A stretch of 63,777 nt of DNA, filler included, from Dimorphilus gyrociliatus (GCA_904063045.1; 4 parts of 4 records of this genome joined end to end with filler, not necessarily neighbours in it), one strand, 5' to 3'; shown: positions 12,722 to 23,810, counted from the first letter of the whole stretch. Translations and numbers: made by a program. Notes: generated from the sequence alone by a model not told the origin.

Positions 12722-14229
12722 CACTATCCCCAAAAAAAAAGTGGTCGATTAAAAAAATCACGTTTTTCGATAAATAAATAAGTTTATAAAAATAAACAAA
12801 TATTAACAAATGCTTCTTTCTCCACCTACTATTTATCACCAAAATGTTGGTTCTATAAAACAATAATAAGCATTAAATCATACTTTTATTTAATAAAAAA
12901 AAAATTATGCCAAAAAAAAAGTGGTCGAATTAATTTAATATCTTGTTGGTCCGCCTTTAGCTCGGTATAATGCTTCAGACCTTCTTGCATAGACTCCACA
13001 AGCTTTTTACACAACTTAGTAGGTGTGTTATACCATATATCCTTCAGTTTAATCCATAACTCATTTTTGTTTTTAATTGTTGTTCCTTGAAGTTTACGCT
13101 TTATATAAGCCCTGAGATGTTCTATAGGGGGATGTCAGTTGATCTGGATGGCTAAGGGAATACATTTATATTATTTTCTTTAAAGAATTCGGTTGCTAAC
13201 CTTGATGTATGCTTAGGATCATTGTCCTGCTGGAAGATAAAACTATCAGAAAGGCCCAAAATATCCTTTGAAGTAGTCAATTCTTCTGCCAATATACAAG
13301 TATATTTGATACCATCCATTTTTCCATCTATTAATATGAGTTTCCCAACACCTTCATATGACATTGCACCCCAAACCATTATACTGCCTCCTCCATGCTT
13401 GACAGTTGGTATGCAATTCTTTAATTCACGGGACGTTGAACCACTACGCCATACTATAACTCTACCATCGCTTGTAAATAGGTTAAATTTGCATTCATCT
13501 ATAAACATAACCTGTTTCCAAAAGCTCATTGGGTGCTTAATCCACTCTCTTGCTTTATTGAATCTTTCGATAACGTTTTTTTTCGTTAGGAGTGGTATTT
13601 TTTTGGCTTCATGTCCGTGTAGACCTGCATCATATAAACTGTTTCTTATTGTTTGTAAACATACTTGTTTACCTGTCTTTGTCTCTAACTTTTTTGCCAA
13701 CTTTGCCGCTGATAACCTAGGTGATTCCTCAACTTCTGATAAAATAAATGCTCTATCTGTATCATTAAGAGACCTTCGCCTTCCAGAGCCAACTTTTCTT
13801 TTTATATCACCTGTATCCTTATATTTTTTTATAATTTTGGTGACTGTTGACTTTCCTATTCCTGTTTTTTCTGCAATTTTTGACATCGAACCCCTTGCTT
13901 AAAAAGAGAAACAATTTCATCTGAGATTAAAGGAGTGATTTTGTTATACATAAGGGGATTTTTGAGATAATAATTTATATATATACCAATAAATTTCCCT
14001 CCAAATTATCTGATTTTTTAATTCGACCACTTTTTTTTTTGGCATAATTTTTTTTTTATTAAATAAAAGTATGTTTAATGCTTATTATTGTTTTATAGAA
14101 CAACCATTTTGGTGATAAATAGTAGTGAAGAAAGAAGCATTTGTTAATATTTGTTTATTTTTATAAACTTATTTATTTATCGAAAAACGTGATTTTTTTT
14201 AATCGACCACTTTTTTTTTGGGGATAGTG
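12722..14229 (-). mobile_element. Tc1-like DNA transposon with TIRs of about 210 bp (IR/DR type), disrupted transposase at about 12935-13951
   Basis: TA-CACTATCCCC ... GGGGATAGTG-TA. Each TIR carries two CCAAAAAAAAAGTGGTCGA direct repeats. Transposase motifs FIDECKFNL, VKHGGGSIMVWG, FQQDNDPKH. A TAG replaces the W of WPS, and there are further shifts. Confidence 0.92.
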
Positions 14230-14771
14230 TATTTATATAATTGAATCTTAAGATAAACATTTATTATATTTCCTATTTTAATAAAACTTCATTCGGAAAA
14301 ATTAGCAAACTCTTTCGAATTAAAAGAACTTGGTTTTTAGAATATTCTGTTTTTTTTACTTGCTTTTCTAAAAATAAATTTTACAGTAAATTTCCTTATA
14401 AAACCGCTATTTATATATTTTAGACCTTAATAAATTTATAAAGTTCGTAATTATTTTTATCAATACTGATAAAGTTTTTATGTAATAAACAGTGTAATTT
14501 TATTTTAAAATCGACTTATCAGAATAAACTGCTTTTTATACACAGAGATTAAATCTTTTATATCTCTAAAAAATAAGATGTTGATAAAATTTAACACTTT
14601 CAAAACAATATAGTTACCAATTTATACAAGAAACTAACACAGTTGGCATTTATTATTTTATTATTCCTGTTATTTTTGCTTCAATAAGTTTTAAACGCCA
14701 CTCTGATATTTTGAAATCTTAATCATATGTTACAAATTTTAATATAAAAAAAAGGGAGTGTTTGCCTTGGA

Positions 14772-17700
14772 ATGAATTTTTCAATTATATATTTTTTCAA
14801 ATACGCTTTTTGTGTTAACTTCCTTGGCCATATTGTAAGTACAGATAATAGAGCAAGATATATGTATAGACATAATGATAAATTGTTTATGGTGGCAAAG
14901 GTTACACCTCCAAACTTAAACAATCCGAAATTTATTTTTGAGATGAAAAGTAATGGTAGATACTATACACTTAAAGTTGCAGGTGTAAAGGTTTGTGGTA
15001 ATTTAGATGGAGATATTGCTGTTTGTGATGGTCGACATAGTCTAGATCAATGGGTTGCAATGAAACAGGGATATGACATTTATATTTTACAGAATAATGG
15101 CTTATGTTTAACATATGGTGCAAAAGTAAAAATATGGAAGTATAGTAATAGAAAATTTATATTTTATAAACCAAAACTAGAGCATTGTCGTCCTACGTTT
15201 TACAAACAGAGATGGATGTTTTGCAAAGAGCACATGTCAATGACTGGCACCTCGCAAATGTTGATGAATAATGCTTATATAGAAGAAAAAGATAAAAATA
15301 AAGATAAACTAAAAGATATAGGAGATGAAATGCTTGAGACTAAAGAAAGGATCACCGAGTTAATCAAAGATGGGGTTGCTGGGCTAAAGTATGCAGGAAA
15401 AACAGATCTTGGTGCTCAGCTAGAAAAGATAAAAACCTTAGGAAAGCAAAAAGAAAACGTTATTAATAATATAGCAAAAAAGCGCGAAGACGAAGATGTT
15501 TTTAACAAAAATAGTATCAATAAAGATAACATCGGAGATATTTTATTGGGAAAATATGAGGATGACCTAAATACGAACATTCCATACAGTCTATTATCTT
15601 CTCCAAATGTTCTTACAAAAAAAGAAATGAAAAAAATAAAGCAAAAATACGAAAATATTGACAAAATTGAAGATGAAAAAGAAAGTGAAAGTAGCTCAAG
15701 CAGTGATACATATAAACCAAAATTTGACATAAATGATATTAATAAATTAGAAAGCTTCGACCAGGCCTACAAAAATAATTTAAAAGAAATAGAAAAACTT
15801 TTCGATGATATAAAAGAAGAAGAAGATAATGATGCATTAAAAGATCTAAGAGATAAAATGGAAAATATCAAAGACTTCACACATCTTAAAAAACTTGTAA
15901 ATATAAAAAAGAAAACCAAGTAACGGATAGAGGTCCTTTAGAAACAAGAATCGATTTACAAAGTAGTGATTCTGATAATGGCGATATAATGAAAATTAAT
16001 TACAATCAAGTAAAAGAACCTTTGCCTAAATATAGTTATGACTATAAGAAACCTGATTTTAAGGTAAAAGTTACAAGAGAAGACCTCAATTATCCTGTAG
16101 ACAGATATAGTAAAAATCAAATGACTTATTCTGACTATAATGCTCTTCCTATTAAAGATAAGATTCTTATTGATCGAAAAAGAGGCGTTCATGATAAAGG
16201 AAACGTTGAAAATAAAACAAGTTCTGATGAATCTACGACTTTGGAGAATAACAGTGAACTGGATAAAATAATAATGCAAAGACACAAGAATAATAAACCT
16301 TATTCTACAAGGAAGGAGCTAAATATTCCTTTAAAAAGATTGGAAGGTGACTTAAATAATTATAAACAAGAGGATACTATAAGTTATTGGGAAGAAGAGG
16401 AAACTAAACCAAATCAACATACACAGAGTAACGGACCCGGTGCTTATCATCATGGCAAAGATAAACCAAATCAACATACACAGAGTAACGGACCCGGTGC
16501 TTATCATCATGGCAAAGATAAACCAAATCAACATACACAGAGTAACGGACCTGGTGCTTATCATCATGGTAAAGATAAACCAAATCAACATACACAAAGT
16601 AACGGACCCGGTGCTTATCATCATGGCAAAGATAAACCAAATCAACATACACAGAGTAACGGACCCGGTGCTTATCATCATGGTAAAGATAAACCAAATC
16701 AACATACACAAAGTAACGGACCCGGTGCTTATCATCATGGCAAAAATAAACCAAATCATTATACACAAAGTAACGGACCTGGTGCTTATCATCATGGTAA
16801 AGATAAACCAAATCATTATACACAAAGTAACGGACCTGGTGCTTATCATCATGGTAAAGATAAACCAAATCATTATACACAGAGTAACGGACCCGGTGCT
16901 TATCATCATGGCAAAAATAAACCAAATCATTATACACAAAGTAACGGACCTGGTGCTTATCATCATGGTAAAGATAAACCAAATCATTATACACAGAGTA
17001 ACGGACCCGGTGCTTATCATCATGGCAAAGATAAACCAAATCAACATACACAGAGTAACGGACCCGGTGCTTATCATCATGGAAGTAGCTCAAGCAAACC
17101 TAGCCCTAATAAAAATGACGAGATAAATACTTATGAGATGTTTATAGCTAAAGAAATAAAAAAGGATAAGAGGGAAAGCAAGAATAACGATTCTATAGCT
17201 AATGAATATATTGAGAAATTATCCGAATCTGATACCGTATACTTAAAGGATGTCAGTAAGGAGACCAGAGACAATATAAACATTTCGATTACCAAATTTG
17301 ATTTTATAAAAATAAAAGACAAGATTATCAACATTAAAGAAAAGATAGAGAATAAAACAGATGATAAATACGATAGCTCTTTTATTAGTAATATTTACAT
17401 TTTTAAAGTAGAAGAAAAGAAACTTATAGTTCAACATATACAACTTCTCCAGTCCATCTACGAGAAAATATTGTTTTATATTTCTAGTATAGAAGAGAAG
17501 AAACATGAAATCAAAGAAAAAGTAAAAGATATAAAAAAAGAAGCTAATAAGATAAAACATAAAAAAGACTATGAGAATAAAATTAATCAAAAAGAAAAGT
17601 ACAAAGAAGAAGAGATAATGTATATGACAACTTATCATGATTATAATGAAACGGATAGCACATATAAAAAGTTACAGAATAAAGTAAAGGATAAAATAGA

Positions 17701-18352
17701 GAAAGAAGCTTTTAAATTGAAATTGGCACTTGAAATAATTAATGGAGTCAAGGATGGAGCATTTTTAGACAATAAAATAAGTTCCCAAAAGTATCAAATA
17801 ATCAAAACTGAAAAAGAAGAAATAAGTACCTCAATAAAACACAAAAACGATAAAAACAATAAAACATTAAAAGATCCAATTTATGGTAATTTTAAGGAAT
17901 TATCTAAAGTAAAGAAAGAGGTAAATAGTACAAATAATTTAAATTACATATCATTTAAAAAAAATGAAACACCAGAAGATAAAACTTTTAATCTGGACGA
18001 AAAAACTAGCAATATACTAAAAAAAAGAGAAAATACAAAAACGTTTCAAAGTGTTATACTAAAAAAGGAGTTAGAACATCTAGAAAAGAAACTTGATGAA
18101 GTGAAGGAAGATTTGAAAAAAACAGTTAAAGAAAAAGCGAAGATTTTTAAAGAACAAATTAAGCTCAAAAAAGACGAAAAAGCTTTAACGCCGGCATTTT
18201 ACGATAAAAAAATAGAAAAACTAGACAAAAAGATGTGTAAAATATCTAGTAGAGAAAAAGAGCTTAATATAGAGCTATCTTTAACAAGAGAAGATTTATG
18301 TAAATTAAGAAAAATGTACAACTCTAATGTTAGAGGAAGACCTGTAAAATAA
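14772..18352 (+). CDS. Secreted ricin-B-like lectin RBL-D with a long charged tail and His-rich repeat; about 1193 aa if one frameshift is corrected
   Basis: MNFSIIYFFKYAFCVNFL signal-like start, then VKVC...AVC...DQW...NGLCLTYG...EHC...KQRW. The frame of ORF 15989-18352 is open back to 15890, and one extra A at 15905-15910 joins the two ORFs (NIKKENQVTDRGPL...GDIMKIN). Confidence 0.65.
16400..17083 (+). repeat. 12 x 57-bp coding tandem repeat (K(D/N)KPN(QH/HY)TQSNGPGAYHHG)
   Basis: 684 bp = 12 x 57, near-identical units (the first begins ET rather than KD). Confidence 0.95.
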
Positions 18353-18362
18353 AACAATTTTT

Positions 18363-19458
18363 GGTAATGGTGTAAATTTCGAGAACTTTGGAAAATTCCG
18401 AGAACTTTTAAAAATTAAAACACCCCTCCCTTTGAAAAAAAAATAAATTAAATTTATATATTTTTAACTAGTAATAATATTTCCTTAAATATTTCAAATA
18501 TTGATTTTTCTTTGTTTTTGCATCTAAAACAAAATTCAGATAAATATAATTCTAAAGAGCTTCTAGAACTTAAATATCTTCCTCTTAGTGTTCGTTTCAA
18601 TCTAGACCATAAATTTTCTATATTTTGGGTATGAGCACCAGATAATGGGTCTACGAAGTTATTTTTGTGGTTAACGCTCTCATGATAATATGTATCATTT
18701 CCTCCAAAAAAGTGCATGTATGATGGCCACTCATCACTTAATACAATTGAGTTTTCATGAATTGTATCTCTGATAACCTGTCTTAATACAGGTAGTGTTC
18801 TGTTTTCCACAGTCTTAAGATAAAACGAGCCTGTATTCCGCTCAATAGCTCCCCATAGCCACTTTTGTTCTATAAGTCTTCCTCTATTAGACCTTCTTTT
18901 GCTGATTAATGTTTCATCAATTTCTACTTCACCAAAATCTCCAAGTCTCTCAGCATTATTATCTATATTCTCTTTTATAGCATTTCTTATTATTGAGTAG
19001 TATTTTATAATTGTTTTTTTAGAAATCTTGAGGTTTTCTTCTGCTTCTTTAACTTTGTTTTCTTTTATGAAACATAATAAGATTCTGAAAAACTCAATAA
19101 GAGAAATTTTTATTTTTGAGTATCCAATTGTGACTTTGTAGCCTTTTTTTTTCTTGCACACACCACAGAAAAAATAAAATCCATCAGCCTTATGTTTATC
19201 CTTTCTAAGGTTCAAAGTAACTTGACAGAGTCTACACATATACAAATCCTCAATCAAACCATTTTGATACAAAAATAAATTTATATCTTCATTTGATACT
19301 AAGCTTTGGGATTCTATCTTATATAAAAACCAATTAAAATTCATAAAGGTTTTTTAATTTTTTTTAATTTTTTTAGTTTTTTTTAATTTTTTTAAGTTTT
19401 TTCCAATTTTTAAAAGTTCTCGGAATTTTCCAAAGTTCTCGAAATTTACACCGTTACC
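18363..19458 (-). mobile_element. Intact Merlin element
   Basis: 54-bp TIRs (GGTAA(T/C)GGTGTAAATTTCGAGAACTTTGG...) with one mismatch. 8-bp TSD CAATTTTT at 18355-18362 and 19459-19466. Confidence 0.95.
18454..19344 (-). CDS. Merlin/ISXO2-like DDE transposase (296 aa, uninterrupted)
   Basis: CRLC...DGFYFFCGVC zinc finger; VEIDETL, WLWGAIER, LSDEWPSY, VNH..NFVDP..GAHTQNIENLWSRLKR. Confidence 0.93.
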   Translation of the reverse strand: MNFNWFLYKIESQSLVSNEDINLFLYQNGLIEDLYMCRLCQVTLNLRKDKHKADGFYFFCGVCKKKKGYKVTIGYSKIKISLIEFFRILLCFIKENKVKEAEENLKISKKTIIKYYSIIRNAIKENIDNNAERLGDFGEVEIDETLISKRRSNRGRLIEQKWLWGAIERNTGSFYLKTVENRTLPVLRQVIRDTIHENSIVLSDEWPSYMHFFGGNDTYYHESVNHKNNFVDPLSGAHTQNIENLWSRLKRTLRGRYLSSRSSLELYLSEFCFRCKNKEKSIFEIFKEILLLVKNI

Positions 19459-19583
19459 CAATTTTTTATACCTAATTTATAGAACCAATTAGTTTTTTAT
19501 TTAATATTTTAAAACAAATGATTAGTTTTTATATGAAACATTAAAAAAATTAAACTTAAAAGGAAATTATTTTTACTCTAAAA

Positions 19584-20030
19584 ATGAAAGTAAAACCATC
19601 TGGAGTATCACAGAACGTGGCTTGGACGGACCAAAAAGGGTCGTGGTTAATTCATATGACAATTACTTTTCTTCTTTTAGTAATTTTAGCACAAATATTT
19701 GGAATTAACAAAGCGATACAACTTACAATTTTATTTTACAATTGTATAACATTTATTTTCTTTCATTGGATTATCGGAGACCCATTTGAGGAGAGATTTG
19801 AAGGTCATACTTTCTGGGAGCAAATGACAGAACAATTGGAATATTCAGAAAGTACACTTTTTGTAGGTCTCTATCCAGCAATTATTTTTATTATAGGAAA
19901 TCACTTAGTAGTTTGGAACAAAGTTCTTTTTTACGCTTCTCTTTTCTCTCTATGTTTGGTAATGATACCTAAACTAGGCTTTATGCATGGAAAAAGAATA
20001 TTTGGTTTAAGAAGAAAAAAATCAGAATAA
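19584..20030 (+). CDS. ORMDL: ORMDL/Orm1 family ER membrane protein (sphingolipid synthesis regulator)
   Basis: NVAWTDQKGSW, FFHWIIGDPF, TFWEQM, IPKLGFMHGKRIFG match ORMDL signatures. Confidence 0.9.
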   Translation: MKVKPSGVSQNVAWTDQKGSWLIHMTITFLLLVILAQIFGINKAIQLTILFYNCITFIFFHWIIGDPFEERFEGHTFWEQMTEQLEYSESTLFVGLYPAIIFIIGNHLVVWNKVLFYASLFSLCLVMIPKLGFMHGKRIFGLRRKKSE

Positions 20031-20039
20031 AGTTTTAAT

Positions 20040-20477
20040 TTAAGCAGAAATAATTGTTTTTCCACCACGTTCTTCTATTTTTTTAGTAGCTTCTGGTGTA
20101 AACTGATTAGCAATAACAATTGCAGGGTAAAGAATATCACCTTTACCGATTACCTTTTTAATTCCTTTTGTTCTGCAGTCAACAACTGGTAGATTTCCAC
20201 TCTCAATAATATCTAGTTGTTCATTCCTATTAACCAATGTCCAAATTTGGTCAACATTAATAGTTTTTGCGATGGTATTATTTTTTTCTCTGTGGAAAAT
20301 ATTCATTCCTCTCTTTCCAATATGATCAGGATGATATTTTTGGAATAGAGTTTTTCTATGTTTCAAGGCACCACACTTACCTCTACCACTGGGATGTTTT
20401 CTATGTTTACCTACTCTTCCATAACCATGAGAGACTTGACCTCTTAACTTTCTTGTTTTTTTTCTTTTAAGAAACAT
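20040..20477 (-). CDS. RPL27A: 60S ribosomal protein L27a (uL15)
   Basis: KTRKLRGQVSHGYGRVGKHRKHPSGRG...YHPDHIGKRGM...INVDQIWTLV. Intronless, with a CCCC motif upstream. Confidence 0.96.
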   Translation of the reverse strand: MFLKRKKTRKLRGQVSHGYGRVGKHRKHPSGRGKCGALKHRKTLFQKYHPDHIGKRGMNIFHREKNNTIAKTINVDQIWTLVNRNEQLDIIESGNLPVVDCRTKGIKKVIGKGDILYPAIVIANQFTPEATKKIEERGGKTIISA

Positions 20478-20638
20478 TTAGGGGTAAATTTTTAAATAAA
20501 ATTAAAAAAAAAATTTAAAAAGTTTTATAAAATAAAAAAATATTATTAATTAAAATAACTTTTAAAACATGATATAACAAAATAACAGAAACACCTATAA
20601 AAAATAAATAAAAATTTTTGGAATTATAAAAAAATATA

Positions 20639-22838
20639 CAGTTTGTCTCATCAGAAATGGAATATGTTTTTTAATATAACTTTTTAATATCAAACTTTCT
20701 GGAATGAAATATTAAACGTACATGCATATTACAAATTTTTTCTTAGATATATATACTTGATGATATTTTGAAATAATATCACTTTTTCTACATTTGAAAA
20801 ATCTTGTCTCAAAAAATGCCTATATTTTTTATGTACGCCATATATTGAAAAGTAAAACATTATATTTTCTCAATATTTCATAAATAAATGTTTTTATATA
20901 TTTCTTTCTTTATTTATTGTATTTTGATCATATAATCAGCGTTTTTTCCAAATTAAGAAAAAAAACTTGTTTAATGGGATAAAAGTGTTAGTAGATTCCA
21001 AAAGATTGCACTTTTAAAGACACCCACATATTTTCAAGTTTGCTTATAATATATAAGTTTTTTTTGACATTAATAAATAGAACTTTTTGATGAAAATTAT
21101 CAGATCAACACATAGTCATAAATATCAAATTTTTTTAATATAGAAAAAAATTAGACTATTTTAAAATCCACCGAAAAATAGATTAATAGGAAATTAAAAA
21201 CTTCTAAGGTTTAAAAAGAAAGTTTAGACCAGTTTCTGATTAATATTTTTTTTATTATCCCTTATGGTTAAAAAACAATTGACAATATTTGAAAAAGGAG
21301 AGATAAATGGAATGTATCTGGCCGGAAAGACAATGGATGATATCGCAAATACTTATAAGAGATCTAAATCTACAATTAAGTGTGTTATCAGTAGTTTCAA
21401 AAAAGAAGGAGAAAGCAGAGAAAGAAAAAAAAACTAAATGAAGAATCAGCTAAAAAAAGTATTAAAAATTGTTAAAAAACACCTTTTACTCCTCTTAGAA
21501 AACTATCTGTAATCATAAGTCAAGAAATGAACCTGAAAGTATCAAAAGATACACTAAAAAGAGAGCTAAATTCTAAAGGAGTCAAGGATATTACCCATAA
21601 GAAAGCCACAGTTGAAACCGATACATATTCAGAATAGAATAAAAATATGTAAAGAAATATTGTTAATTTTGAGAAATATTCCAATAGAATAATATATACA
21701 GATGAAAGTAAGTTTAACTTAATTTATAATGATGGAAAACAAATAATACGGGTATGGATGTTAAAAATTTGTACAAACAGTTAAATTTGGAGGTGGTATG
21801 GTGATGGTATGGGGATGTTTAGTGTATTTGGTGTTGGGAAGTTAAAATTCATAGATGGTAGAATGCTGCAACTGATTATATCAAATTTTGAGAGATTTTA
21901 TGCTAGTATCAATTAGGATGTGGGGGATGGAAGATTATATTCTGCTTCATGATAACGACCCCAAACACAATGCTAAGTTAACTAAAGAATTTCTAAATAA
22001 TCGAAATATAAAGGTACTCCCATGACCCTCTCAATCCCTGATCTAAACCCGATAGAAAACCTATGGGATCATGTTAAGAGAAAAGTCGCACAAAGAAAAC
22101 CAGAGAATATAAACGAACTTAAATCTACTATCCGTAGAGTTTGGTACTCGATACCAGTATCAATGTGTAGGAATTTAAATGAGAGTTTTTATAAGAGAAT
22201 TAAGGATTGTATAAAAAACAACGGAAATTCATTAAAATATTAATCAGAAACTGGTCTAAACTTTCTTTTTAAACCTTGAAGTTTTTAATTTCCTACTTAA
22301 TCTATTTTTCCGTGGATTTTAAAATAGTCTAATTTTTTTCTATATTAAAAAAATTTGATATTTATGACTATGTGTTGATCTGATAATTTTCATCAAAAAG
22401 TCCGATTTATTAATGTCAAAAAAAATTATATTATAAGCAAACTTGAAAATATGTGGGGTCTTTAAAAGTGCAATCTTTTGGAATCTACAACACTTTTATC
22501 CCATTAAACAAGTTTTTTTCTTAATTTGGAAAAACGCTGATTATATGATCAAAATACAATAAATAAAGAAAGAAATATATAAAAACATTTATTTATGAAA
22601 TATTGAGAAAATATAATGTTTTACTTTTCAATATATGGCGTACATAAAAAATATAGGCATTTTTTTGAGACAAGATTTTTCAAATGTAGAAAAAGTGATA
22701 TTATTTCAAAATATCATCAAGTATATATATCTAAGAAAAAATTTGTAATATGCATGTACGTTTAATATTTCATTCCAGAAAGTTTGATATTAAAAAGTTA
22801 TATTAAAAAACATATTCCATTTCTGATGAGACAAACTA
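20639..22838 (+). mobile_element. Tc1-like DNA transposon with TIRs of about 600 bp; multiply frameshifted transposase 21264-22243
   Basis: TA-CAGTTTGTCTC ... GAGACAAACTA-TA. The inverted repeat runs 20639 to about 21246 and about 22239 to 22838. Fragments read VKFGGG.VMVWGC, HDNDPKH, SIPDLNPIENLWDHVKRK. Confidence 0.9.
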
Positions 22839-22996
22839 TAAGTAATCAATAAATATTAATAGTAAGAAGAAATATATGATTTTTTAAGGTGTTCCTAAAA
22901 ACTATGTTAAGTTTTTATATGAAAACGGTAATTCTATTTTTGTAAATAATTTAATCAATCTCTATATAAAAGTTGTTTTAAATTTAACAACCCTTT

Positions 22997-23493
22997 ATGC
23001 TATTAATAATCGTTTATTATATTTTAATCAATTCAACTAATAAAGAAGAAAAGCTAAACCTTATACAATCTAATATATATTCCAATAAAGAACAACATTC
23101 TTTATTTAAAAAAGAAAAAAATAAACTAAAAGAATTAATAAAAGGAGAAAAAGAAACATTATTATTAAATTATTTAGAAGAAAAAAATTCTTCAAGTGAA
23201 AATTTAGAGTTTATGGAAACAAATGAGATGTTTTATGATGATTATAATAGAATTACTCAATTAGGAAATGAAAACTCAAAAAACGTCAAAAAAAATTTTA
23301 TAAACACTTCAAATAAAAACATAAAAAAAGCAAAAAATAAAATTTACCCAAAACAAGCAAAAAAATTTATTAAAGTAATTAAATTAAAAATTCCAAATAA
23401 GAATTTAAAAATTGAAGAAAGTAAAAAAAATATAAATAATTCAAATAAGAATTTAAAAATTGAAGAAAGTAAAAAAAATATAAATAATTCAAA
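22997..23493 (+). CDS. Hypothetical protein with hydrophobic N-terminus, truncated by the contig end inside a 48-bp repeat
   Basis: CCCTTT-ATG; MLLIIVYYILINS; two NKNLKIEESKKNINNS units immediately before the gap. Confidence 0.55.
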
Positions 23494-23593
23494 NNNNNNN
23501 NNNNNNNNNNNNNNNNNNNNNNNNNNNNNNNNNNNNNTTAATTAATTAANNNNNNNNNNNNNNNNNNNNNNNNNNNNNNNNNNNNNNNNNNNN
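23494..23593. other. Synthetic contig spacer (44 N + TTAATTAATTAA + 44 N)
   Basis: Identical to the other two spacers; the 12-mer gives stops in all six frames. Confidence 0.97.
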
Positions 23594-23635
23594 ATTATAT
23601 AAACTGAATTTACATACCAAATTACAAAACACCAA

Positions 23636-23810
23636 ATTGAATCCAAGATTTGGGAAATGTATAAAAGGAAATGCATTTCCCAAGCTAGTCAGCTCTGGTT
23701 CTATGTGGTGTGAGTACTTTGGTGCATTGATAAATGACTGAAAAGGACAAATACTGTTCTGAAGAAGCAGAAATTCCTACAATTACAATACAACAAAGTA
23801 CAGTAACATT
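23636..23810 (+). repeat. Unclassified dispersed repeat, internally deleted copy
   Basis: GAAAT/AAATGTATAAAAGGAAATGCATTTCC and CCTACAATTAC(A/T)ATACAACAAAGTACAG are shared with 30940-31262. Confidence 0.7.

Noticed and set aside
16352-17126. Overlapping ORFs in several frames, and a CRISPR-like array
   Set aside because: These are shadows of the 57-bp coding repeat. Units are contiguous with no unique spacers, and there are no cas genes.
23538-23549. TTAATTAATTAA palindrome as a biological site
   Set aside because: It recurs three times with exactly 44 N on each side, so it is a synthetic six-frame-stop spacer. The apparent ends of ORFs 22997-23545 and 61532-62809 are artefacts of it.
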